Source of the DNA: Bacteroidota bacterium
GTDB taxonomy: Bacteria > Bacteroidota > Bacteroidia > Bacteroidales > UBA7960
Direction: 5' to 3'
Length of the DNA: 64,000 bases
Assembly: GCA_018335675.1 (NCBI GenBank)
Contig: JAGXRQ010000129.1
Location: 6,253-70,252, forward strand
In this document: piece by piece, positions 1-8,824 of the stretch
Layout of the letters: each line of letters begins with the position of its first letter
Position numbering within the stretch: the stretch's first letter is position 1
Position numbers and translations under genes: made by a program
The notes under the pieces: generated by a model
Databases searched by the model: none
Seen by the model: only the letters and a program-made list of their open reading frames with translations
Told to the model about the DNA's origin: nothing

Positions 1-1
1 C

Positions 2-247
2 TTCGAAATTTATAATGCACTTCGCAAACTTATCCGGAACTTCCGAATTATGGGGAAATCTCCACTGCTCATCGGAAGATGTTCGTGCATTAAGGAGCCT
101 GCCTTCAGATGAATATAATACTGTGTTACATGGTGTCTTAAAAAGATCTGATGGTAAACTATGCCAATATATAATAAATCCAATTACATATGATGCTAAT
201 GCACCTATAATTATCTTAATTTTATGTTTGATTAAAATGCTTTTCAA
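2..247 (-). CDS. N-terminal part of a PBP1C-like peptidoglycan glycosyltransferase (gene runs off the left edge of the window)
   Basis: Manual minus-strand translation. The frame is open from 304 down to the window edge. From TTG at 247 it reads MKSILIKHKIKIIIGALASYVIGFIIYWHSLPSDLFKTPCNTVLYSSEGRLLNARTSSDEQWRFPHNSEVPDKFAKCIINFE. That is a signal-anchor helix followed by the D-x-QWRFP ... P-x-x-F ... I-x-FE(D) pattern typical of PBP1C/GT51 N-termini. It is absent from the ORF track because the window truncates it. The start codon is uncertain (TTG at 247, 259 or 280). Confidence 0.55.
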   Translation of the reverse strand, partial: MKSILIKHKIKIIIGALASYVIGFIIYWHSLPSDLFKTPCNTVLYSSEGRLLNARTSSDEQWRFPHNSEVPDKFAKCIINFE

Positions 248-277
248 TGTTGAGTTCAAAGGCGTTGTTTTATTCTT

Positions 278-285
278 CAAAATTA
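278..285 (-). promoter_or_regulatory. Candidate Bacteroidota -7 promoter element (TAATTTTG on the minus strand) for the PBP1C-like gene
   Basis: The plus strand reads CAAAATTA, which is TAATTTTG on the minus strand and matches the TAnnTTTG consensus. It lies 31 nt upstream of the TTG at 247. Confidence 0.3.
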
Positions 286-343
286 TTGTTTTTGTAAACA
301 ATTTCTAGAAAAGCAAGTTTCATATTTAATATATTTTTAAACA

Positions 344-1645
344 ATGAAAAATAGTATCTCCATTTTTTGGTTTAGACGTGATCTTAGATTGTCTGATAAT
401 AAGGCACTTCACTATGCTTTAAAGGGAGCTAATCCGGTGTTGCCTATATTTATATTTGATGATAATATTTTAAATGAACTTGACAAAGATGATAGTAGAG
501 TAGAGTTTATATATACTCAATTAGTAAAGCTAAAAATGGAATTACAATCTATTGGGAGCGATATTGTTGTGAAAATTGGCAATCCAATAAGAATAATCAA
601 AGAAATAATCAATGATTATAATGTTAAATCAGTTTTCTGTAACAAAGATCATGAACCATACGGAATTGATAGAGACAAAGATATTCAGGAATTGCTGGCA
701 AAATCAGGAATAGAATTTATACAATATCTAGATCACTTGATAGCTGATAAAAACTCAGTGTTAAAATCAGATGGTAAGCCTTATACCGTATATACTCCAT
801 TTAAAAACAGATTTAAGCAAGTTATTTCTAGCTCTGATTATATTGACTATGATGTTAATTCGTGTAAAAATAACTTTGCTCAAGTGTTAGAGTCTTTTAT
901 TATTCCATCAATGCATTTATTTGGGTTTAAATCAAAAAATATTGAGTTCCCCTCTGCTAATATTAATCCTGATATAATAAAAAATTATAATAACACAAGG
1001 GATATTCCGTCAATTGAAGGAACAACAAAACTTGGCATCCACATAAGGTTTGGGACTATTAGTATTCGAGAATTATATAGAAATTCAATTGATTTAAATG
1101 AGGTGTTCATTAATGAATTGATTTGGAGAGAGTTTTATGCTATGATATTAATGCACTATCCGAATGTAGTATATAGTTCATTTAAAAAACAATACGATAA
1201 TATTAAATGGATTAATGATGATAAAGATTTTGAATCATGGATGAATGGAGAAACTGGATATGAAATTGTTGATGCAGGCATGAGACAATTAAATGAAACA
1301 GGCTGTATGCATAATAGAGTGAGAATGATAACTGCGAGCTTTCTTACCAAACATCTATTAATAGATTGGAGATGGGGTGAAGCATATTTTGCAAGAAAAT
1401 TGCTTGATTATGAATTGTCTTCGAATAATGGGGGATGGCAATGGTGTGCCGGAAGCGGAAGCGATGCAGCCCCATATTTTAGAATATTTAACCCTGAAAG
1501 GCAGATGGAAAAATTTGACCCCAAAAAGGAATATATCAGAATGTGGATACCAGAATTTGATTCGAATAGTTATAGAAATAAAATTGTTGATCATAAAAGA
1601 GCCATTGAAAGATGCAAGATAGTTTACAGCAGTGCCCTTAAATAA
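344..1645 (+). CDS. phrB: Deoxyribodipyrimidine photolyase / cryptochrome family FAD protein
   Basis: 433 aa. The N-terminus FWFRRDLRLSDNKAL and the C-terminal FAD-binding block TGYEIVDAGMRQLNETGCMHNRVRMITASFL...NNGGWQWCAGSGSDAAPYFRIFNP are classic photolyase signatures. Confidence 0.9.
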   Translation: MKNSISIFWFRRDLRLSDNKALHYALKGANPVLPIFIFDDNILNELDKDDSRVEFIYTQLVKLKMELQSIGSDIVVKIGNPIRIIKEIINDYNVKSVFCNKDHEPYGIDRDKDIQELLAKSGIEFIQYLDHLIADKNSVLKSDGKPYTVYTPFKNRFKQVISSSDYIDYDVNSCKNNFAQVLESFIIPSMHLFGFKSKNIEFPSANINPDIIKNYNNTRDIPSIEGTTKLGIHIRFGTISIRELYRNSIDLNEVFINELIWREFYAMILMHYPNVVYSSFKKQYDNIKWINDDKDFESWMNGETGYEIVDAGMRQLNETGCMHNRVRMITASFLTKHLLIDWRWGEAYFARKLLDYELSSNNGGWQWCAGSGSDAAPYFRIFNPERQMEKFDPKKEYIRMWIPEFDSNSYRNKIVDHKRAIERCKIVYSSALK

Positions 1646-2287
1646 TTATTCTAATCTCTGGTGATTTATTATGGTAGTAAATTTCTCAGGATTGAAGAAG
1701 TGATAGAATTTCAACTTTTCTAAAAGGTTCTCATTTGATTTCATTTCATATATCTCATCATTAAAAACCTCTTTGTAAACGCGCCAAATTAATTCAGTAC
1801 AGAAGAAATGTGTAGTATCATTATGGTCAAAGGAATGATCAAAAGGAATCTGCTGTTTCAAATAAAATGTTGCCTGCTCTGATAAATTATTCGCTTTTTC
1901 AGGTATTTCGTTGATTTTATTGTATCTAACCACTACAACAGTTCTGGGAACGCTCTCCTTTACAAAAGTTAGGAGATTTTGTTTTTGAACTCCATCAAAA
2001 TCTGACAAAGTACTTGAAACTGAATGTATAACATCAAAATTTCCCGCGGAATCCAAAACAAGCAATCCAACATGGGAAAGTGAAATCTCTTCCTTTAAGG
2101 TTTTCATTATAAGATTACTGACAAATCCTTGTCCCTGCCTTAATATTATATCACCTTCCTGTAAAAGGGCAATTTCTTTCTTACTTAATTTATAATGGCC
2201 GTAAAAAGAATGTTCCTGGTGGGAAGTGTTGCCACAGCCGACCAGGAACATACAATAAGTTATTAAAGCAAACAATAACCTGTTCAA
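1646..2287 (-). CDS. Lipoprotein, YiiX/YaeF-like permuted papain-fold (NlpC/P60-related) enzyme
   Basis: Lipobox LVGCGN. GDIILRQGQGFVSNLI...SLSHVGLLV followed by a late FFCTELIWRVY resembles the permuted His...Cys arrangement of the YiiX/DUF830 family. Confidence 0.55.
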   Translation of the reverse strand: MNRLLFALITYCMFLVGCGNTSHQEHSFYGHYKLSKKEIALLQEGDIILRQGQGFVSNLIMKTLKEEISLSHVGLLVLDSAGNFDVIHSVSSTLSDFDGVQKQNLLTFVKESVPRTVVVVRYNKINEIPEKANNLSEQATFYLKQQIPFDHSFDHNDTTHFFCTELIWRVYKEVFNDEIYEMKSNENLLEKLKFYHFFNPEKFTTIINHQRLE

Positions 2288-2311
2288 ATCTAAATAATCT
2301 TATTAAAAGTA

Positions 2312-2755
2312 TTAAACTTCTTCTTCAACTTCTTCTTCGCCTTCTTCGCCTTCTTCTTCCCAATTGAATTCAGCGTCATCAAAAGGAGATTCTTTTTTAA
2401 GGTCAACTAACCACTTGTCGCCTTGTTTTACTAGAGGAAGTTGATCAAACTCACCATCAATTGTATAAGAGCAAATTGCTTTGTCTCCTTCAATTATACA
2501 TTCAAGATCTTTAATCTCACCTGGAGTTGTGTCTTCTTCTTCAGCCATGCCTGCACTCATTGCAGATAATGATTTGTACATGTCAAGAATTTGAATAGTC
2601 TCAGCAGTACCATATTTTTTTGCATCTTCAAACTTTTGCTGCTCTAAAAGGTTAATAAATTTAGTTGCAACTTGTTCTGGAGTTTGTTTTTTTCCGCAAG
2701 CCGAAAAAATAAAGAGGCCTGCCATTACGATTGTAAAAAGTTTTAATGTTCTCAT
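2312..2755 (-). CDS. Small lipoprotein (DUF4878-like) with a poly-acidic C-terminal tail
   Basis: Signal peptide with lipobox FSACGK. The tail is NWEEEGEEGEEEVEEEV. Family assignment is from memory only. Confidence 0.45.
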   Translation of the reverse strand: MRTLKLFTIVMAGLFIFSACGKKQTPEQVATKFINLLEQQKFEDAKKYGTAETIQILDMYKSLSAMSAGMAEEEDTTPGEIKDLECIIEGDKAICSYTIDGEFDQLPLVKQGDKWLVDLKKESPFDDAEFNWEEEGEEGEEEVEEEV

Positions 2756-2910
2756 TGTTGGTATATTTTAATTTGAAAATATTTTAACAACACAAAGGTA
2801 TCTTTTTTTTTTTGCGACCAAAATAAATTTGAAAAAAAATGCAAAAAAATCATTTTAATGAATATTGAAAAAACAAATAACATTTTAATCACAGCTAACG
2901 TAAAAAATGT

Positions 2911-3582
2911 ATGGATGTTAATTTTAAATACAAAATTAGTAATGACGCATTTTCGAAATTTGCCGAAGTGTTAAATAATTTTAAATTACCCGGAATCGAC
3001 TCTCAATTAAAGATGGCTCCGGAAAAAAGAAAAAATGAAATACGAATGCCGGCAATCAATATAGACACAAAAAAAAATGCGGTATTGTTTTTGTTATATC
3101 CTAAAAAGGAAAATATTTTCACTGTTTTAATTCAAAGAAAACAATATGATGGCGTTCATGGGGGGCAAATTTCTTTTCCGGGAGGTAGAATCGAAGAAAA
3201 TGAAACCCTTGAGCAAACAGCAAAAAGAGAAACATTTGAAGAAATAGGCCTAGATGTTGAGAAAATTGAAATTATTGGTCAGTTAACAAATTTATATATT
3301 CCGCCAAGCAATAATCTGGTTTATCCGTTTGTCGGTTATGTAAATGAAACACCAAGATTTGTTGCAGATGGACTTGAAGTTTCAGAAATCTTGGAAATAG
3401 ATTTAAACTTCTTTTTTAATGAAAAGAATATTGAATCAAAATGGATTGATTTTAAAAACCAACCTAGTATGAAAGTTCCTTGTTTTGTTTATGATGATAA
3501 AATTATTTGGGGAGCAACAGCGATGATTATAATGGAATTTGTTGATTTAATTTCCAAACATAATCTAGCAAAAGACTTTTAA
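2911..3582 (+). CDS. NUDIX hydrolase, CoA pyrophosphatase type
   Basis: Nudix box GGRIEENETLEQTAKRETFEEIGL, preceded by VLIQRKQYDGVHGGQISFPGG. This matches the CoA-pyrophosphatase (NudL-like) upstream signature. Confidence 0.75.
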   Translation: MDVNFKYKISNDAFSKFAEVLNNFKLPGIDSQLKMAPEKRKNEIRMPAINIDTKKNAVLFLLYPKKENIFTVLIQRKQYDGVHGGQISFPGGRIEENETLEQTAKRETFEEIGLDVEKIEIIGQLTNLYIPPSNNLVYPFVGYVNETPRFVADGLEVSEILEIDLNFFFNEKNIESKWIDFKNQPSMKVPCFVYDDKIIWGATAMIIMEFVDLISKHNLAKDF

Positions 3583-3720
3583 TAATTATTGGGAAGGTTG
3601 AATTATTGGTCGTTTCGTTTATTTTATTTAAATTTGATATTGGAAAAATAGTGAAAATATAACAATTAATTGATGTTCGTTTGACAATTTTTGTTACTTA
3701 GCAATCAAATACATTTTCTT

Positions 3721-4263
3721 ATGATAAGAATTAAGAAACATAATCATTTAGCAAAGGCAGTTTTCCTCATAGCAGGAATAATTCTTGCCTTGCAATTAAA
3801 TGCTCAGCAATCTGAAATAAGGATGCAGTCAGTCTTTTTATATAACTTTACTAGGCTGGTATCTTGGCCGGCTGACTATCAACAAGGCGATTTTGTTATG
3901 GCCGTTTATGGTAGTACACCAATGCTTGAAGAAATTGAATCTTTGGCTGCAACAAGAAAAGCAGGAACTCAGAATATAGTTGCCAGAAAATTCAATTCTA
4001 TTAATGAGTTATCAAAATGCCATATCATTTATATTCCAAGAGGTGAATCTCGCAATACTACCAATATTGTGAATGGATTAAAAGAAAAGAACATTAAAGC
4101 ATTGATAGTGACTGATTCCAGAAATTCAATTAAAAGCGGAGCTGTGATAAACTTTACAATAGTTGATGGTAAACAACGATTTGAACTTAGTCAGGAAAAT
4201 GCTAAAATCATGGGACTTACTTTGGGTGGTGAAATTACTAGACTTGCTATTTTAGTTGATTAA
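3721..4263 (+). CDS. YfiR-family (DUF4154) periplasmic protein
   Basis: Signal peptide AVFLIAGIILALQLNAQ, then the hallmark VFLYNFTRLVSWP. I prefer the ATG at 3721 over the TTG at 3691 given in the ORF track. Confidence 0.7.
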   Translation: MIRIKKHNHLAKAVFLIAGIILALQLNAQQSEIRMQSVFLYNFTRLVSWPADYQQGDFVMAVYGSTPMLEEIESLAATRKAGTQNIVARKFNSINELSKCHIIYIPRGESRNTTNIVNGLKEKNIKALIVTDSRNSIKSGAVINFTIVDGKQRFELSQENAKIMGLTLGGEITRLAILVD

Positions 4264-4286
4264 TTAAGTCAATTTGAGAAGAATAT

Positions 4287-4321
4287 AAAAACTACCAAAA
4301 TCTTTTTTGGTAGTTTTTTTT
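4287..4321 (+). terminator. Rho-independent terminator after the YfiR-like gene
   Basis: AAAAACTACCAAAA-TCTT-TTTTGGTAGTTTTTTTT. The perfect 9-bp core stem is 4292-4300 paired with 4305-4313, extended by A/T pairs and followed by a T-run. Confidence 0.7.
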
Positions 4322-4435
4322 ATATTTCTAACAGTCTTCAAAATATTTTAATATTTTTGTTGCTAGCAAGAGATAATTTTATCTTTTAACTGTTTCCTCA
4401 ATTCTATCAAATAAGCGACAATAAAAAATAAAAAT

Positions 4436-6388
4436 ATGAAAATCAAACTAAGCATTGGTAGAAAACTTAGCCTTGGTTTTACCATTTTGATCGGTTTTTT
4501 CCTTTTTAGTAATATTTTTACTTTCTCGGTATTTAGGGAAAGTCAAAGGATAAACGACCAAAATAGTAATGTTTATGTACCTTCCATGTTATTGCTAATG
4601 GAGTTTAATAACATGATAATTACCAGTGAAAGATTAATTGGAAATTGGATTTTTATTCAAAGTGACATAGATACTCAAGATAAGAATCAACTAAAAGCTA
4701 TTATAGCTCAGGATTATATTGACATTAAAAGCAAACTTGTTAGAATTTCTGAGAATTGGGATTTAGAAATGCAAGAGAAATTGGAAGAAATTTTTAGCGA
4801 TGTTGATTTGCTGTTTGTTACTCACAAATATGTAATGGATGAGTTGGCAGACTGGACAAGCTACGACGATCCAATGATACTTTTCTTTGTACGTCCAATG
4901 ATGGAAGAGGGTGGCGATATTGCAATGATGACAAGAAAAATAACAAATCAACTAGACGAGCTTATAGATATTCAGAATCAAAACGTTGAGCTTGGTTATA
5001 AGCAAATGAATGATTCTTTAGATTCACTAGGAAGGCTTACCATTATATTAACGTTATTGCTAATTATAAGTGGAGCGCTAATAGCTTATTTCTCAATTAA
5101 GAGTATTACAAATCCTGTAAATAAACTTAGAGTTGCATTACAGCTTATGGGCCAGGGTAAAATTCCTGAAACTGCTGTTTATGTCACTAATGATGAGATA
5201 GGGGAAATGGCAAAGGCACTGAATTTCTTAGTCGATGGGTTGAAGGATAAATCTAGTTTCTCTGTTGAGATTGGTCAGGGAAATTTTGCATCAGATTTTA
5301 AACCGCTTAGTGAAGAGGATGATCTAGGACTTGCTCTTTTGGATATGCGCGAAAGTCTTAAAAATGCAAAAGAGGAAGAAAATAAAAGAAGAATCGAAGA
5401 TGACAAAAGATCATGGGCAACACATGGTATTGCTAAATTTGCCGAACTATTAAGGCAAAACAATGATAATATTCAAGAACTTTCTTTTAGCATTATAAAG
5501 AATCTTGTTAAGTATCTTGATGCTAATCAAGGAGGTATCTTTATTGTTAATGATGAAGAAATTGGCGAAAAATCAGTAGATATTAAGGCCTGTTTTGCCT
5601 ATGATAAAAAGAAATTCCTAAAGAAAACCATATATATAGGTGAAGGTCTTGTTGGAACATGCTTGCAAGAGGGAGAATCTATATTCTTAACCGACGTACC
5701 TGATACTTATGTTAATATTACTTCAGGATTAGGAGATTCTAATCCAAGATGTATTCTTATTGTTCCGTTAAAACTTAATGATGAAATATTTGGTGTTATT
5801 GAGATAGCATCATTTAAAATAATGGAATCTTATCAGATTGAATTTGTTGAAAGAATTGCAGAATCTATTGCTGCTACAATTTCAACAGTGAAGATAAATA
5901 TCAGAACAACAGAACTTTTACATCAATCACAGGAACAAAGTGAAGAAATGCGTGCTCAGGAAGAAGAAATGAGACAAAATATGGAAGAAATGCACGCTAC
6001 TCAGGAAGAGATGGAAAGGAAGGAAATCGAAAGCCAAAGCTTTTATGAGGCAATAAATGAGTCTGTGGCTCTGGTTGAAATTAGTATGGATGGAAATGTA
6101 AGACGCGTAAATAAAAAAGTATGTGACATACTATTATTTTCTGAGGGAGAATTGTCAGGCCATTCTCATGTGAAATTCTTTGATAAGTATTTTGTAGAGA
6201 CTTCTACGTACCATCAAATGTGGAGTGATTTAACTAATGGTCAAAAATTTGATGGAACAATTAGCTTAATCAAAAGGAATGGGACTAAGCTTTCTGCTCA
6301 GGTTGCTATACATTCAATTAAGAATAAATACAGAGAGCCTGTTAAAATAATTTTCATTATTCGAGAATATTCTGAGGTACATGCATAA
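4436..6388 (+). CDS. Membrane sensor: TM, helical extracytoplasmic domain, TM, HAMP, GAF, coiled coil, PAS. No output domain recognised.
   Basis: 650 aa. Two hydrophobic helices lie at about residues 10-30 and 200-222. HAMP-like NDEIGEMAKALNFLVDGL. GAF-like YLDANQGGIFI...IFGVIEIASFK. Coiled coil EEMRAQEEEMRQNMEEMHATQEEMERKE. The last ~120 aa are PAS-like. No H-box, ATPase or GGDEF motifs were seen. Confidence 0.8.
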   Translation: MKIKLSIGRKLSLGFTILIGFFLFSNIFTFSVFRESQRINDQNSNVYVPSMLLLMEFNNMIITSERLIGNWIFIQSDIDTQDKNQLKAIIAQDYIDIKSKLVRISENWDLEMQEKLEEIFSDVDLLFVTHKYVMDELADWTSYDDPMILFFVRPMMEEGGDIAMMTRKITNQLDELIDIQNQNVELGYKQMNDSLDSLGRLTIILTLLLIISGALIAYFSIKSITNPVNKLRVALQLMGQGKIPETAVYVTNDEIGEMAKALNFLVDGLKDKSSFSVEIGQGNFASDFKPLSEEDDLGLALLDMRESLKNAKEEENKRRIEDDKRSWATHGIAKFAELLRQNNDNIQELSFSIIKNLVKYLDANQGGIFIVNDEEIGEKSVDIKACFAYDKKKFLKKTIYIGEGLVGTCLQEGESIFLTDVPDTYVNITSGLGDSNPRCILIVPLKLNDEIFGVIEIASFKIMESYQIEFVERIAESIAATISTVKINIRTTELLHQSQEQSEEMRAQEEEMRQNMEEMHATQEEMERKEIESQSFYEAINESVALVEISMDGNVRRVNKKVCDILLFSEGELSGHSHVKFFDKYFVETSTYHQMWSDLTNGQKFDGTISLIKRNGTKLSAQVAIHSIKNKYREPVKIIFIIREYSEVHA

Positions 6389-6432
6389 TTTGGTGATTCT
6401 ATTTAAATAGGTTGCAACTAAAATTTATAGAA

Positions 6433-8772
6433 ATGTTTAATATTTTAGGCTTTTACAAAAAAATCAAAATCCAAAATAAACTTTTATTGTTTATTCTAAC
6501 TTTCACAATACTTATTTATATAGTTGCATTTTCTCTTGTTATTTCAGGTATGAGAAACAAAATATTTAGTGATGCTGAAAAGCTAATTCAGTCAAATGCG
6601 AGAGAATACGCCAATTTGGTTGGTGAAGAGTTGAATTTTGATTTCGATATTACACAAGGTATGGGTTGGTCTATGCATGGATTTAAAAATGTTCCACAAG
6701 AATTGTTTTTCTATTTTTATAAAGACATATTGAAAAATAATATTGAAAGAAATCCTAATTTTTATTCTACATGGATTAGTTGGGAACTTAGTGAAATAGA
6801 CCCTGATTATTATCTTCCATATGGTAGAATACGCCAAACGTACTTTAAACATGGCAATCAAATTAGGTACAAGCAAGATACTTTAAATCTTGGTGGTGAT
6901 GTTATAGGTGGACTTTATCACCAGGTTAAAGTAGCCATGAAAGATTATATGTCAGATCCATATTGGTATTCTTATACTGGAAGAACCGAAGATCAAGTTT
7001 TAGAAGTGAGTCCTTGTATCCCAATTATTATTAATGGAAAGTTTGCAGGGTTGGCAGGCTCTGATATTGTATTAAGTCGTTTCCAGGATTTATCTCAATC
7101 TATAAAGCCTTTTGATGTAGGATATACTTTTATAATTTCTAATAATGGAACTTATGTTGGGCATCCTAATGAGTCTTTTGTAGGCCAAAAAATTTCAGAT
7201 ATCAGACCCGAATACTCAAGAGAAAACAGCATTGTTGAAAAAATATCCAGAGGAGAGTTCTTTTCGCATGTGAGTCATGATAATTATTTCAATGGTGATG
7301 CTTATATTGCATACGCTCCTGTTTATATTGGAAATACTCAAATCCCATGGTCTGTTGGTTCAGCAGTTCCTATGAGTATCATTGTAAGCGAAGCAAACAG
7401 AATTTTACTTCGATCTATTATAGTCGCGATAATTGGTTTAGCATTACTTTCATACTTAATTTACATTGTAGCCAGAAGAATTTCAAAGCCTTTGTCAACA
7501 ATAAGTAGAGTTTTGGAAAAAATTGCTATAGGTGACCTTAGGGATACAAGAAAAATTAAAGTCAAAACAGAAGATGAAATAGGAACAATATCAAAAGCAT
7601 TGAACAGCTTAATTGATGGATTGAATAAAACTGCTGATTTTGCAAATGAAATTGGAAGAGGAAATCTTGAGGCTGAGTTTAATATGCTTGGAGACAATGA
7701 TGTTCTTGGCGAAGCCCTATTAAATATGAGAGAAAGTCTTAAACATGCTAATATTGAAGAAGTTAAAAGACAAGAGGAGGACAATAGAAGGAATTGGGCT
7801 ACTCAAGGGCATGCGATGTTTGCTGAAATATTAAGACAAAATAATGATGATATAAACACTTTGTCTTTTAATGTTATAAAAAATCTGGTAAAATATCTAA
7901 GTGCAAATCAGGGAGGAATATTTATTCTAAATGATGATGACGAAAAGAATAAGTTTTTAGAAATGAAAGCATGCTATGCATTTGATAGACAAAAATATTT
8001 AACCAAAAAGATTGAAATTGGTGAAGGACTTGTTGGCGCATGCTTCCTTGAAAAGAAAACGGTATATCTTGCTAAAGTGCCTGAAGATTATATTCTTATT
8101 ACATCAGGCTTAGGAGACGAAGTTCCATCAACAGTATTAATTGTGCCTTTAATTGTGAATGATAATATATTCGGGGTTGTTGAACTCGCTGCTTTCAAAC
8201 CATTTGATGCGCATTTTATTGATTTTGTTGAAAAAATAGGAGAGAGCATTGCTAGTACTATATCTTCTGTAAAGATAAATGTGCGCACCAAATTCTTATT
8301 GGAACAATCTCAGCAGCAAGCTGAGGAAATGTCGGCTCAGGAAGAGGAAATGCGTCAGAATATGGAAGAAATGCACGCCACTCAAGAAGAAATGGCTAGA
8401 AAGGAATTAACTCTTCAAAATGTAATAAAAACCACTAATACTTTTCAAATTTTTGTTGAATATGATTTTAATGGGATTATTAAAAACTCTAATGATCTTC
8501 TTTCCAACTTGTTAGGATATACTAAAGACGAACTTAGAGGTAAACATCATAGCATCTTATTTGCTGATGAAGATTATAAAGGGTCTGATGAGTATGGCGA
8601 CTTCTGGGTAAAAATGAATGACCAGGAGAATTTACTTCAGGAGTTTAGGTTACTTGCAAAGAATGGAGATATATTGACATTTACCGGTGTTTATCATCCT
8701 GTTTTTGACCAAGGGTATCCACTTAAAGTTATGCAGTTTGGGGTTAATGTTACAGACTATCTATGCAAATAG
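6433..8772 (+). CDS. Membrane sensor paralogue: TM, Cache-like extracytoplasmic domain, TM, HAMP, GAF, coiled coil, PAS. No output domain recognised.
   Basis: The extracytoplasmic part is about 290 aa with a Cache-like core (INGKFAGLAGSDIVLSRF...GYTFIISNNGTYVGHP). The cytoplasmic part is highly similar to the upstream gene (DEIGTISKALNSLIDGL, YLSANQGGIFI, FGVVELAAFK, AQEEEMRQNMEEMHATQEEM). The start is either ATG 6433 or TTG 6412. Confidence 0.8.
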   Translation: MFNILGFYKKIKIQNKLLLFILTFTILIYIVAFSLVISGMRNKIFSDAEKLIQSNAREYANLVGEELNFDFDITQGMGWSMHGFKNVPQELFFYFYKDILKNNIERNPNFYSTWISWELSEIDPDYYLPYGRIRQTYFKHGNQIRYKQDTLNLGGDVIGGLYHQVKVAMKDYMSDPYWYSYTGRTEDQVLEVSPCIPIIINGKFAGLAGSDIVLSRFQDLSQSIKPFDVGYTFIISNNGTYVGHPNESFVGQKISDIRPEYSRENSIVEKISRGEFFSHVSHDNYFNGDAYIAYAPVYIGNTQIPWSVGSAVPMSIIVSEANRILLRSIIVAIIGLALLSYLIYIVARRISKPLSTISRVLEKIAIGDLRDTRKIKVKTEDEIGTISKALNSLIDGLNKTADFANEIGRGNLEAEFNMLGDNDVLGEALLNMRESLKHANIEEVKRQEEDNRRNWATQGHAMFAEILRQNNDDINTLSFNVIKNLVKYLSANQGGIFILNDDDEKNKFLEMKACYAFDRQKYLTKKIEIGEGLVGACFLEKKTVYLAKVPEDYILITSGLGDEVPSTVLIVPLIVNDNIFGVVELAAFKPFDAHFIDFVEKIGESIASTISSVKINVRTKFLLEQSQQQAEEMSAQEEEMRQNMEEMHATQEEMARKELTLQNVIKTTNTFQIFVEYDFNGIIKNSNDLLSNLLGYTKDELRGKHHSILFADEDYKGSDEYGDFWVKMNDQENLLQEFRLLAKNGDILTFTGVYHPVFDQGYPLKVMQFGVNVTDYLCK

Positions 8773-8824
8773 AAAATCTGTTGCAAAAGTATTGTTTAAA
8801 AAACCCTAAGTAATTGGAGCTACA

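Noticed and set aside
60-180. Possible structured RNA (a CAGATGAAT stretch vaguely resembling the RNase P 3' region)
   Set aside because: The other conserved RNase P elements (GAGGAAAGUCC, ACAGAACCCGGCUUA) are absent. The segment is better explained as coding sequence on the minus strand.
15-308. Plus-strand 97-aa ORF from the ORF track
   Set aside because: It has no recognisable motif and an AT-driven hydrophobic tail. The opposite strand across the same bases encodes a convincing PBP1C-like N-terminus, so this is most likely a shadow ORF.
2312-2360. (CTT/CTC)-rich stretch encoding the poly-Glu tail, considered as a functional DNA repeat
   Set aside because: It is explained by the acidic low-complexity C-terminus of the lipoprotein. 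There is no strict tandem unit.
2803-2813. T11 homopolymer in the divergent intergenic region, considered as a phase-variation tract
   Set aside because: Long A/T runs are common throughout this AT-rich sequence. There is no positional evidence that it lies between promoter elements.
3691-3720. TTG-initiated extensions of the YfiR-like gene. The same applies to 6412-6432, 19639-19716 and 40588-40611 for the sensor, LRR and ftsH genes.
   Set aside because: Each has a downstream in-frame ATG that gives a more typical N-terminus (signal peptide, TM helix or domain start). The upstream residues look like translated intergenic sequence. The 6412 and 40588 alternatives cannot be fully excluded.
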